Positions 51,980-61,178 of a DNA stretch of 64,000 bases are shown one piece after another. A program made the position numbers and the translations under genes. Position 1 is the first letter of the stretch, and every line of letters starts with the position of its first letter. The notes under the pieces are model-generated. The model did not search any database. It saw only the letters and a program-made list of their open reading frames with translations, and was not told the DNA's origin. Location of the stretch: positions 214 to 64,213 of the forward strand of contig CANRBL010000004.1 of NCBI GenBank assembly GCA_947628835.1, written 5' to 3'. The stretch comes from an uncultured Clostridia bacterium (GTDB taxonomy: Bacteria; Bacillota; Clostridia; TANB77; CAG-508).

Positions 51980-53641
51980 TTACTTTTTATAAATTGCTCC
52001 AGAATCATTTTTGTATAATAATTCCATATTTGAAACTAAATTTTCTACATATTCTTCTGAAAAATTAGCATTATAAAAATATATAATGTAATTTACTTTT
52101 TCTAAATTAATTGAATTAGGAACATAATCATAACCCATTAATTTACTAGCCCAACTTCTTTGATAATAATTTCCTATTATAGAAACAACATCTGTATAAT
52201 CTATTATTTCTCTTGACTTTTTCAATAATTGTTTTTCCTCTTTTGTATATATAATTCCATAACTTTTTTTATTTAATATTATATTAACATTTTCATAATA
52301 TACATTACTTAATGATAATATTAAACTTAGTAATACTATAAGCATTGCGTTTATATATATATTATGTTTAGTTATTAATTTATCTATCCATTTACCAATA
52401 ATTATAAAACATATTCCCCATAATATAAACAAATTTTTTATTAAATAGTATAAAGATATTTTACCAAAATATACAACTATTGCCAAAATTATTATGTATA
52501 GCACTATATCTACAAATACATAATATATATATTGATTTTTTTGTTTTTCCTTTATAAATAAGTATATAGATAATGGAAGAATAATTATAAAATTGGAATA
52601 TATATCTCTATAAATAGGTCCTTCAACTAATATCCCAACAATTAATTCGTTTACTTTCTCTTTTTCATAAAATATATGATACTGTAAACCACATATTAAT
52701 GGAATTATAATTGTAACAATTCCTAATATTATAAATCTTGAATTTACATATTTATTATTTTTTTCTTTATTATTGTACATTCCAAATAATATTTCCGCTC
52801 CATATATGAAAGGAACAAATACATAATAAGAAAAAAATAATGAAAAATTTAAAATAAATAGACATATTGTATTTATTTTAAAATCAAAATCCTTATTACT
52901 GTAATTCTGAAAAAAAATAAAAATTGTATTTATTACAAGTATGCTTATTGTTAAATATGAAAAGCCATAACATATACTATTAAATGCATACCCTAATGTA
53001 TATAATATTGTCAATATCATTGCTATTATTCTGCTTGTCTTGTTATGGCAAAATTTTAATAATATGGTATTCATTGTTAGTGCTATTAATACTAGTATTA
53101 ATATATCAAATATTATAAATATTTGATATAAATCAAAATCATCTATGTTTCCACTAAAAATTTTCATTAGTAAACCAGTATTAATATATGCCATTGGCAT
53201 AAAACCTTTAGCTTCCTCTTTTAGCTCATCTGATTTTGAAAATTGAACGGCTGTATTATAATGTGCAGTTGCATCTATACTAGCATATTTTATATTTAAA
53301 TCTGTACTATAATTTAAAATACAAATACTAATTACAATAATTGTAATCAATATTTTTTGTACTATTTCTTCTTTGTTTAAATAAAATTTTTGATATTTTT
53401 TATCTTTTACAATTTTATATATTAGTATCCCTATAAATATAAAGTTAATTATACTTAAATTGGTAAAGTTTATCTTCACTTTTGTTTCATACATTATATA
53501 ACAAATTATAGTGTTATATCCTAAAATAATTACAATAGCTGTTATAATACATTCTAATATATTTAATTTTTTGTCAGATTTTTTTACTACTATAAATATG
53601 AACATTAATATTAATGATGTCATTATAAATGCTATTTTCAT
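51980..53641 (-). CDS. Large polytopic integral membrane protein, unknown function
   Basis: 553 aa with more than 10 hydrophobic helices and a C-terminal soluble part. GT-C / polymerase-like topology, but I recognise no diagnostic motif. Confidence 0.5.
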   Translation of the reverse strand: MKIAFIMTSLILMFIFIVVKKSDKKLNILECIITAIVIILGYNTIICYIMYETKVKINFTNLSIINFIFIGILIYKIVKDKKYQKFYLNKEEIVQKILITIIVISICILNYSTDLNIKYASIDATAHYNTAVQFSKSDELKEEAKGFMPMAYINTGLLMKIFSGNIDDFDLYQIFIIFDILILVLIALTMNTILLKFCHNKTSRIIAMILTILYTLGYAFNSICYGFSYLTISILVINTIFIFFQNYSNKDFDFKINTICLFILNFSLFFSYYVFVPFIYGAEILFGMYNNKEKNNKYVNSRFIILGIVTIIIPLICGLQYHIFYEKEKVNELIVGILVEGPIYRDIYSNFIIILPLSIYLFIKEKQKNQYIYYVFVDIVLYIIILAIVVYFGKISLYYLIKNLFILWGICFIIIGKWIDKLITKHNIYINAMLIVLLSLILSLSNVYYENVNIILNKKSYGIIYTKEEKQLLKKSREIIDYTDVVSIIGNYYQRSWASKLMGYDYVPNSINLEKVNYIIYFYNANFSEEYVENLVSNMELLYKNDSGAIYKK

Positions 53642-53735
53642 TTTTAATCACATTCCTTCCTAAGGCACAAATACAAAATTAAAATTTGACACAGCAAAAA
53701 TTGTAATTATTTTTCCACTTTTTTCCTCTTGAACT

Positions 53736-55199
53736 TTAATATGTAACCAAATACATTATATCTTTATCAAATATGACTTTTTGATTATTTTCTAAATTGT
53801 TCTCCTCATATTTAAAATACATATCATAAATTTCATCTTCCATTACTATTTGTTCTATATCTTTTTTTAACCATAATTTGAAAAAAGCCGAATTTATTGT
53901 CATTTTTAAATTACTTGATTTTTTACAAATTGGGTTTTTATCTTGATGGTTTATGATAAACATATATGGTTCTTTTGCAATATACGCAAATTTTGTAATT
54001 GTAATTCCAGATGTTTCTTCATAATCTTTTATCTGTATATTAATCTCTTCCATTATTCTTTTATCAATCAACTGTCCTTTTCTGTAATAATAGCAATATG
54101 AAATTATACTTATTGTTTGTACTACAAAATAAATTATTAATACTCCTAATAATAATTTACTAAATTGAATTTTGACATTTATAAGATTTGAACTCCATAA
54201 AAATATGTAAATATACCCTATCATTGCTCCAATTGTAAAGAATATTCTTCCATATAACCTATATGTGCTATATGGTACAGTTAGACATATTATAAGAGAT
54301 GTTATTATAGATATAAATATTATAACTATTATTTTCATTAATATTGTTTTCTTTTTTTCTACTTTGGAATAATATATTATTCCAAGTATAAAAAAAATAA
54401 AAATTATTTGTATATATTTTGGAAATAATCCTATACTTTCAAATATTATACTATATAAATTTAAGAATATTGTTTTGATACTTTGTATTATATTTAATGA
54501 TAATCTACTTGTCATATTTCCTTTTGTATATATTGCTATAAATATTAAATTTAATGTTATTGCACTACATAAAACAATTAATGCTTGAAAACAATTTCTT
54601 CTTCTATCTGCTTTATTGTAATTTTTATTATTTATAACTTGTAATACTAGATAATAACTTATAAATACACCTATATTTCCTTGATAACAAAAAGTAGCTA
54701 TTAACACACATATTACAGCTTTTATTATATAATTTTTATTTCTATTATACAGATTATTTGCTCCTACAATATATAATAATATACTTGTTGCTATTACTGG
54801 AAATTCTATAAATTGAAGATTATCTACATACATAAAATTAAATATTGTTATATATGATATTAATATTATAATTACATCTTCAATTTTATTTTTTGGGCTC
54901 TTTAATTTTTTTATTGCACCATATAAATACATAACTGTCAAACACATAATTATTATTCCTATAATATACAATCCTATTATTGCATAATCTATATCTACTC
55001 CTTGTATTAAATATAGCAATATACCAGAACAAATTCTTCCATCTTGGAAGAATTTGCTTTGTGTATATTGTTTATATCCATTATTTACCATTTCCATTGT
55101 ATCTATTGTATAATGAGGATATAAAAAGTTATGAGTTACAATTAATGAAAAGATTAGTATTAATAATATTATTCTTAACCTTTTTATATTTTTTTTCAT
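53736..55199 (-). CDS. Large polytopic integral membrane protein, possibly GtrII-like glucosyltransferase (GT-C)
   Basis: 487 aa with more than 10 helices. The first loop, HYTIDTMEMVNNGYKQYTQSKFFQDGRICSG, resembles the D...GR loop of Glucos_trans_II-type proteins. This assignment is weak. Confidence 0.45.
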   Translation of the reverse strand: MKKNIKRLRIILLILIFSLIVTHNFLYPHYTIDTMEMVNNGYKQYTQSKFFQDGRICSGILLYLIQGVDIDYAIIGLYIIGIIIMCLTVMYLYGAIKKLKSPKNKIEDVIIILISYITIFNFMYVDNLQFIEFPVIATSILLYIVGANNLYNRNKNYIIKAVICVLIATFCYQGNIGVFISYYLVLQVINNKNYNKADRRRNCFQALIVLCSAITLNLIFIAIYTKGNMTSRLSLNIIQSIKTIFLNLYSIIFESIGLFPKYIQIIFIFFILGIIYYSKVEKKKTILMKIIVIIFISIITSLIICLTVPYSTYRLYGRIFFTIGAMIGYIYIFLWSSNLINVKIQFSKLLLGVLIIYFVVQTISIISYCYYYRKGQLIDKRIMEEINIQIKDYEETSGITITKFAYIAKEPYMFIINHQDKNPICKKSSNLKMTINSAFFKLWLKKDIEQIVMEDEIYDMYFKYEENNLENNQKVIFDKDIMYLVTY

Positions 55200-55296
55200 T
55201 CTTTCTCCTTATGTAGTAGCATTATTATTTAATTTATATGAACTTTCTCTTTCTCTACCTAAAGCAGTATAATATAATTGTTGCAATTGTTTTTCT

Positions 55297-56850
55297 TCAT
55301 CTGTTTGTCCGTCCTGTAGCACTGTCTTTTCCTAAATTAATTACATATTCAAAACTATTTTCACTGGATGTATTATTCGTATTTTGATTAATTATGCAAT
55401 CATAACAGCCTGACTCTGTTTGTGGATAATAATATACTATCTGTCCACTATTATTTGTTCCTCCATTTTTTCTCTCAAAATCTATATTTAGAAATCCTTG
55501 ACAATTGTTAAGATTAATTGAACCACCAGTTAAATTTTTATCAGTAATTTTATGATATTTATTGCCATCTTTTATATAAATCAAATTTTTGTCAATATAT
55601 TCTTCATTTTGATTATTTGTAACTACTGCATAACCATTATACATTTTTCCACCTATTTGCATTCCTTGAACAAAGCTCATAACTGATACATTGTTTAAAA
55701 GTTTATACCAATCTGTTTCACTTAAATTAGGCATTACAAAATCTGCATTATTAAACATTGCATTGTAATTGGCTATTGCTAATTGCAAATTATGTTCTAT
55801 TGCATATCTTATAACTGCTAGTCTATGCTCATTAAAGTTTGAAGATGATAACTCTGGATCTCCTTCAAAAATGTTTACATTTTCATTAAAATCTGCTCTA
55901 TCCGTAATTGGGTTACCTTCAACATCACAAGCTTTATTAAATGTCAACCCCGCTAAATTCAGTTCATTTAAAACCTTGCTCGAAAATTCTTGAGCTTTTT
56001 CATAATATTCTATGGCTTTTGTATTGCTACTAAAATAACTATAATTATTATGCTTATTATCTATGTATTTTTTTCCATTTAACATTGTAAATGCAATACT
56101 TCCATCCCAATAATATTTGACCCCATTTTCTTTTATATATGAACATGATGTTGGGTTATATGGTTGTATATCTGTTCCATCATATATATTTTCTGTTAGC
56201 GCATTTTCCTCTACAATGGGTATATCTCTATATGTAATATTACCTGATGGATCTTTTTGCACGTTATTAGGATCTATAAAATATCCTGATTCATTTCTAT
56301 ATTTACCATTAACAATTCCTTGAATAGTTATATAATTATCTAATGTATATGTTATTGTAAAATCATCATCTAGTTTAGGATATCCCTTATATCTACAACT
56401 ATAATATACATATGACTTTGTTCCATATATTTCTGTACCATTTGCAGCTGAAGTACTAGTATCTGTTTGCTCTATGTTTGCTAAATCATTATTAAAAGGA
56501 GAATATATATAGTATCCATCATATAATGTAAATACTATTGCTGGTACATAATCTTTTACTAAATCAGCATTATAACCACTTAATCCAAAATTACGTGCTA
56601 CTGATGCAAAAAATGTATTTGCAGATGCTTCTATATCTCTTACTTTCGAAGCAGATATATCTGATGTACTACTATTTACAGTATTAAGTTTAAATGCTTT
56701 CACCGCATCATATGTTGCAGTTATTAATTTTGAATCATATGTACTTTGTAAATTCAATGTTTTGGTTTGAAATTTCGTGTATTCTGATAATACAATTGAT
56801 ATTGGTAATATGATTATTATAAATATAATTGCTAAACTTTGTAATTTCAT
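55297..56850 (-). CDS. Large (517 aa) filament-cluster protein with TadE/TadG-like N-terminal helix
   Basis: The N-terminus MKLQSLAIIFIIIILPISIVLSEY resembles the TadE-type hydrophobic segment (..lP..l...e.). Last gene of the cluster. Confidence 0.45.
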   Translation of the reverse strand: MKLQSLAIIFIIIILPISIVLSEYTKFQTKTLNLQSTYDSKLITATYDAVKAFKLNTVNSSTSDISASKVRDIEASANTFFASVARNFGLSGYNADLVKDYVPAIVFTLYDGYYIYSPFNNDLANIEQTDTSTSAANGTEIYGTKSYVYYSCRYKGYPKLDDDFTITYTLDNYITIQGIVNGKYRNESGYFIDPNNVQKDPSGNITYRDIPIVEENALTENIYDGTDIQPYNPTSCSYIKENGVKYYWDGSIAFTMLNGKKYIDNKHNNYSYFSSNTKAIEYYEKAQEFSSKVLNELNLAGLTFNKACDVEGNPITDRADFNENVNIFEGDPELSSSNFNEHRLAVIRYAIEHNLQLAIANYNAMFNNADFVMPNLSETDWYKLLNNVSVMSFVQGMQIGGKMYNGYAVVTNNQNEEYIDKNLIYIKDGNKYHKITDKNLTGGSINLNNCQGFLNIDFERKNGGTNNSGQIVYYYPQTESGCYDCIINQNTNNTSSENSFEYVINLGKDSATGRTNR

Positions 56851-56975
56851 ATGTATCTTTGTCCTTTCCTATCATATATAACTTAATAAGACCTGTAATT
56901 TATTACAAGCCCTATTTATATATAGAATTTTATATTTTTAGACATTATCAATAAAGCAAGTAAACTATTGTTTTC

Positions 56976-57500
56976 TTAAACTCCATTTACAGCAACTATT
57001 CCTGTTGATGATGCTGAAACTTGATATGTATCACTTCCTGCTACTTTATAAAAGAAATTCTTTAATTGTTGAGATATGGTAGAACTAGTATTTTTTACAC
57101 TAACTACTACTCTATCTCCTTCTTTTAAATTCATTATTCCATCATTCTTTTCTAATTCATCCCATATTTGAGTTGTATATTTTGAATAATATACATTTTC
57201 TCCTATTTTTGTACTCTCTGCTACTGTTGCTTTCTTTCCTGGATTTTCATCTAATACTTGTATTTCCATTTCTACATCATATGCATTACCTGTTGATGAA
57301 AGTGTTTGCACAAAAGTTTCATAATTTTCTTCTGTTAACTTTCCTGTTAATCTAATATTATCTACAAATTCATTTGTTGCTGTTTGTATTGATACCTGTG
57401 ATATATCATCTGTTCTGTCAGAAATTGCCATCAATGGAAAAACAAACATTAATACTGCTGCTAAAAATATCGCAATTATAGTTATTGTTGTATCTCCCAT
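56976..57500 (-). CDS. TadE-like pseudopilin-type protein (174 aa)
   Basis: N-terminus MGDTTITIIAIFLAAVLMFVFPLMAISD, followed by a soluble beta-rich domain. Confidence 0.45.
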   Translation of the reverse strand: MGDTTITIIAIFLAAVLMFVFPLMAISDRTDDISQVSIQTATNEFVDNIRLTGKLTEENYETFVQTLSSTGNAYDVEMEIQVLDENPGKKATVAESTKIGENVYYSKYTTQIWDELEKNDGIMNLKEGDRVVVSVKNTSSTISQQLKNFFYKVAGSDTYQVSASSTGIVAVNGV

Positions 57501-57524
57501 ATTTATACCTCCTTTTGATTCATA

Positions 57525-57872
57525 TTACGTTTCTGTATATGTAATTATACGTCGTTTATTTTTATTTGAATCATATAAATTTTCATTTGTTCCTGCTTCT
57601 GATGATATATAATTTTCTGTACCATCATAATCTATCATATAAATATCTTCTGCATAAACTACTCCCATACTTTCTGTAAATTTTTTTCCTTCTAGAATTT
57701 CATACAATCCTTTTTTATTATTAATATATATTCCACTCTTTCCAGAAGCCTGACTATTATTATCATATGAATAAATATCATATTTCTCATATTGTTTTCT
57801 TTCGTCATTGGTATACGGAGTTAATAATGCATCAATTAATTTAGTAGCTCTCTCCTGTGTTGCAATTCCCAT
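57525..57872 (-). CDS. Soluble 115-aa protein of the filament cluster (possibly the displaced C-terminal part of the upstream gene)
   Basis: No SD before ATG 57872. The frame stays open 26 codons upstream and overlaps the end of 57928..58242 in the +1 frame. Confidence 0.4.
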   Translation of the reverse strand: MGIATQERATKLIDALLTPYTNDERKQYEKYDIYSYDNNSQASGKSGIYINNKKGLYEILEGKKFTESMGVVYAEDIYMIDYDGTENYISSEAGTNENLYDSNKNKRRIITYTET

Positions 57873-57927
57873 AGCTGCTAAATTAATAACATTTGTATTT
57901 ACCCATTGCCATTCATATGTAATTTTG

Positions 57928-58242
57928 TTATCGACCTTGCTTCCGTACTCTCATATATTGAGCTACTAATTTTGTTGGTTGTGGATCTTTCCATTTAAAT
58001 ACAATGATATAATTTTCTTTAAATGCTCTATATAGCATTGGCACTATAGTTTCGACCCCAACAGTTCGCTCTTTATCTGCTGACTGCTCTATATATGAAT
58101 AATCATTTTCTCTATCTCTTAACTGCAAAATAGAATCTGTAGTCGCCCTTACTTTACCAAAAAAGTGGATACTTATGGAAAGTGCTAATATAAATATTAA
58201 TACTCCAAAAGCAATATGTAAAGCTTCTGTAACATTTTCCAT
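57928..58242 (-). CDS. MEN-type pilin-like protein P5 (104 aa)
   Basis: MENVTEALHIAFGVLIFILALSISIHFF N-terminus. GGAGGGG RBS. Confidence 0.5.
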   Translation of the reverse strand: MENVTEALHIAFGVLIFILALSISIHFFGKVRATTDSILQLRDRENDYSYIEQSADKERTVGVETIVPMLYRAFKENYIIVFKWKDPQPTKLVAQYMRVRKQGR

Positions 58243-58259
58243 AATATCCCCTCCTTACT

Positions 58260-58727
58260 TTATTGAGCCTTTTTTATAATACATTTATTTACATATCCAG
58301 AATCTGAATCATATTCAAATGATACACTATATGCTTTTCCTGTAAGAGCAGCTCCAACTTGTTTTATATCTGTTGCTTTACCATCTGCAGCAACAGTGCT
58401 ACTCGCTTTATTCCAATTTTTATTAGCACCATCAGCTGTTACTATAGTATTATCTAATGATATTTCTATTTGTTTTGATTTATCTTCTGTATTTGTTAAA
58501 TTGTTTGAAACTATTGCTTCCAATAATGCATTTACATTTGCTCCTTTTACTTTATTTCCTGTATATTGTATAAATTTACTATTAAATGTATCTACAGCTA
58601 ACCCATCTACTGAACTTGTATCTGTTGCCCCTTTCGCATTTTGAAATACTATTATACCTAATGAAATAATTAAAATTGATAATAAAATTGCTCCTGCAAT
58701 TATTAATGCTTTTGATGCATTTTCCAT
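58260..58727 (-). CDS. MEN-type pilin-like protein P4 (candidate major subunit, tandem copy B)
   Basis: MENASKALIIAGAILLSILIISLGIIVF. GGAGGAAAAA RBS. The first 52 aa are identical to P3. Confidence 0.6.
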   Translation of the reverse strand: MENASKALIIAGAILLSILIISLGIIVFQNAKGATDTSSVDGLAVDTFNSKFIQYTGNKVKGANVNALLEAIVSNNLTNTEDKSKQIEISLDNTIVTADGANKNWNKASSTVAADGKATDIKQVGAALTGKAYSVSFEYDSDSGYVNKCIIKKAQ

Positions 58728-58752
58728 AAATTTTTCCTCCTCTCATTCATTA

Positions 58753-59208
58753 CTAATTTGCATTGCCAATTGTACATGTATCTATATAACCAGAATCTGA
58801 ATCAAATGTAAAGGATACACTATAAGCCTTACCAGTTTGCGCACTACCACACTCCTTAATATTTTTTACTCTCTTTTTATCTGGCTTTGAAAAAGAGCCA
58901 CTACTACCACTTGGATTAGTCCAATCACTAGCACTAATTGTTACTTGAATCATTTTAGATTCATCTTCTGTATTTGTTAAATTATTCGCAACTATTGATT
59001 GTAATAATGCATTTACATTTGCTCCTTTTACTTTATTCCCTGTATATTGCGTAAATTTACTATTAAATGTATCTACAGCTAATCCATCTACTGAACTTGT
59101 ATCTGTTGCCCCTTTCGCATTTTGAAATACTATTATACCTAATGAGATAATTAAAATTGATAATAAAATTGCTCCTGCAATTATTAATGCTTTTGATGCA
59201 TTCTCCAT
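58753..59208 (-). CDS. MEN-type pilin-like protein P3 (candidate major subunit, tandem copy A)
   Basis: MENASKALIIAGAILLSILIISLGIIVF. GGAGGAAATAA RBS. Confidence 0.6.
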   Translation of the reverse strand: MENASKALIIAGAILLSILIISLGIIVFQNAKGATDTSSVDGLAVDTFNSKFTQYTGNKVKGANVNALLQSIVANNLTNTEDESKMIQVTISASDWTNPSGSSGSFSKPDKKRVKNIKECGSAQTGKAYSVSFTFDSDSGYIDTCTIGNAN

Positions 59209-59279
59209 AATTATTTCCTCCTTTTTTACTTTAGTTCTTTATAAAAATATTAATAACGTTTTTTATACTGATAATACTT

Positions 59280-59711
59280 TTACTTAGTTATTTGTTCAAA
59301 ATACATGTACTTTACTTTGTTTGTTTTATCATGATATTCCATTTGCGTACATTTGAATTTTATTGAACCATAATATTGCACAAAATCTGATATTCCTCCA
59401 TTGTATAGACTTTCCATATCATAAGTATTATCATCGTCCATCATATGTACATTTATTTTAATTGAATTTTTATCATTTTCAATATATTTATTGTTATTAT
59501 CTAATTGTATTTCATTTTTTTTATTATTATCAATAGCTTTATTTATAATTGTTGCAACGTCTACTCCTGAAACTTCTTTTTGATAATAATATTCATATTC
59601 TAAATTTTCTTTTTTTGCTGTATTATATTTAATTTTATAATTATTATACACGAGCCACATTGATATGACAATAAATATTATAAAAATAAAAAATATTAAT
59701 AATTTTTTCAT
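59280..59711 (-). CDS. Pilin-core paralogue with a different (MKKLLIFF...) N-terminal anchor
   Basis: Shares the core helix (GVDVATIINKAIDNNKKN versus GANVNALLQSIVANNLTN) and the C-terminal strand pair (YHDKTNKVKYMYFEQ versus YDENTGRITEMYFEF in P1). Confidence 0.45.
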   Translation of the reverse strand: MKKLLIFFIFIIFIVISMWLVYNNYKIKYNTAKKENLEYEYYYQKEVSGVDVATIINKAIDNNKKNEIQLDNNNKYIENDKNSIKINVHMMDDDNTYDMESLYNGGISDFVQYYGSIKFKCTQMEYHDKTNKVKYMYFEQITK

Positions 59712-59786
59712 TCTATCCTCTTATATTTTATCATATATTTGCTTATTTTTCAAGTTACGACAATATATTTATATTAAATTTTTGTT

Positions 59787-60284
59787 TCACTTTTTAGTAC
59801 AAGTAACTAAATATACTTGTTTGGTTATTTCACTAATTTTTACTTGACACGAGTAATTATCTAATTTTTTATTATCATTAGGTTTGGAATCTAGTTCATT
59901 TAGTTCATTCTGTATTAATGATAGGTTATTAACATCTTTTTCTATGTATTGACTTGAACCTGATTTTTTCAATATTACAGCAATATATGTCGTTTCTTGG
60001 TTACCTCGAAGGTTTGAAACAGCCACATTTCCAAAATCATATGTATCATTACTTTCTTTTGCACGATTTGCTAATGTTACCACATCATATATTGTTAAAT
60101 CCTCTCTACCGTCATAAGCAGTAAATTGACTATTAAATTCTTCTAATTGTTGTTTTGCTTGTTCATCATATATTCTAGCAGTATTAGAACCAAATGTGAA
60201 TATTAGGTAAACAAACAAAGATAAAACCATTATACCAATTAATACACCTGCTGCCATAATTAAAGCTTTTGAAGCATTCTCCAT
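59787..60284 (-). CDS. MEN-type pilin-like protein P2 (165 aa)
   Basis: MENASKALIMAAGVLIGIMVLSLFVYLIF, then EEFNSQFTAYDG. RBS GGAAAGGAAAC. Confidence 0.55.
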   Translation of the reverse strand: MENASKALIMAAGVLIGIMVLSLFVYLIFTFGSNTARIYDEQAKQQLEEFNSQFTAYDGREDLTIYDVVTLANRAKESNDTYDFGNVAVSNLRGNQETTYIAVILKKSGSSQYIEKDVNNLSLIQNELNELDSKPNDNKKLDNYSCQVKISEITKQVYLVTCTKK

Positions 60285-60322
60285 ATTTGTTTCCTTTCCA
60301 TTGTATTTACATATTTTATAAT

Positions 60323-61114
60323 TTACTGAATTTTTCCTGTAAATTCAAAATACATTTCTGTAATTCTTCCTGTATTTTCATCATAACTTACTACTTGTCC
60401 ATTAAATAATCCTTTTTTCAATTGCATAAATTCATAATATGTTTTTACGTCATCATATATAGAATTATTATTGTTGTACCCATTACTATTAACAATTAAA
60501 TTATTATAGTCATTACCAACATTTGAAGCTAGCTTAGGACAAATTTGTTTAAATTTTTCTAGTGCAAATTGTTTTTTTTCTTTATCTTCATTAGGATTAT
60601 TATTATATTGAAATATTGATGTGATATTTGATGCTAATTGCTGTATAGAATTTTTTGAATACCAGCTATTTAAATTTTCAATTTTTCCCATTATTTTATC
60701 GTCAACAACATTTTTCGTATCACTTTGTTCATATTCGCTATCTAGAATCAATCTATTTATCTCTGGATCAAAAGCAAATTCATCTTGTTTATTATTAAAG
60801 TTAATCTTTATTGTTAATGGTGTATATGCTATATATTTTCCTTCATATCCAATATCTGAATCAGCAGATGATTTTCTTTTATTATAATCTACCACCTTAT
60901 TTACTAAACTTAATAAATCGTTCCCTCTTAAATTTTCTGTAGCATAACTACCATATTCTTCATTAAATTTTACAACTTGCTCTTGTTGTGTTGAACTTGT
61001 ATTTTCGTTATAATATTTTGATATTCTATTAAAGGCAATTACTAAAAGTGAAACTACTACTATTGCAAATAATACACCTGCTGCCATTAATAAAGCTTTT
61101 GTTGCATTTTCCAT
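60323..61114 (-). CDS. MEN-type pilin-like protein P1 (263 aa)
   Basis: MENATKALLMAAGVLFAIVVVSLLVIAF, then VKFNEEYGSY and GNDLLSLVNKVVDYN. Confidence 0.55.
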   Translation of the reverse strand: MENATKALLMAAGVLFAIVVVSLLVIAFNRISKYYNENTSSTQQEQVVKFNEEYGSYATENLRGNDLLSLVNKVVDYNKRKSSADSDIGYEGKYIAYTPLTIKINFNNKQDEFAFDPEINRLILDSEYEQSDTKNVVDDKIMGKIENLNSWYSKNSIQQLASNITSIFQYNNNPNEDKEKKQFALEKFKQICPKLASNVGNDYNNLIVNSNGYNNNNSIYDDVKTYYEFMQLKKGLFNGQVVSYDENTGRITEMYFEFTGKIQ

Positions 61115-61178
61115 AATTTAATACTATACTAGCATACATTTGCTAGTATTACTCCTTTCGTAGTGTGTATATACATTT

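Noticed and set aside
55200-55296. In-frame continuation after the TGA stop of the 517-aa gene (..RTNR*RKTIATIILYCFR*) as a read-through-encoded membrane anchor
   Set aside because: It spans only 13 codons, has no sorting-signal motif, and nothing in the sequence suggests recoding. It is most likely chance.
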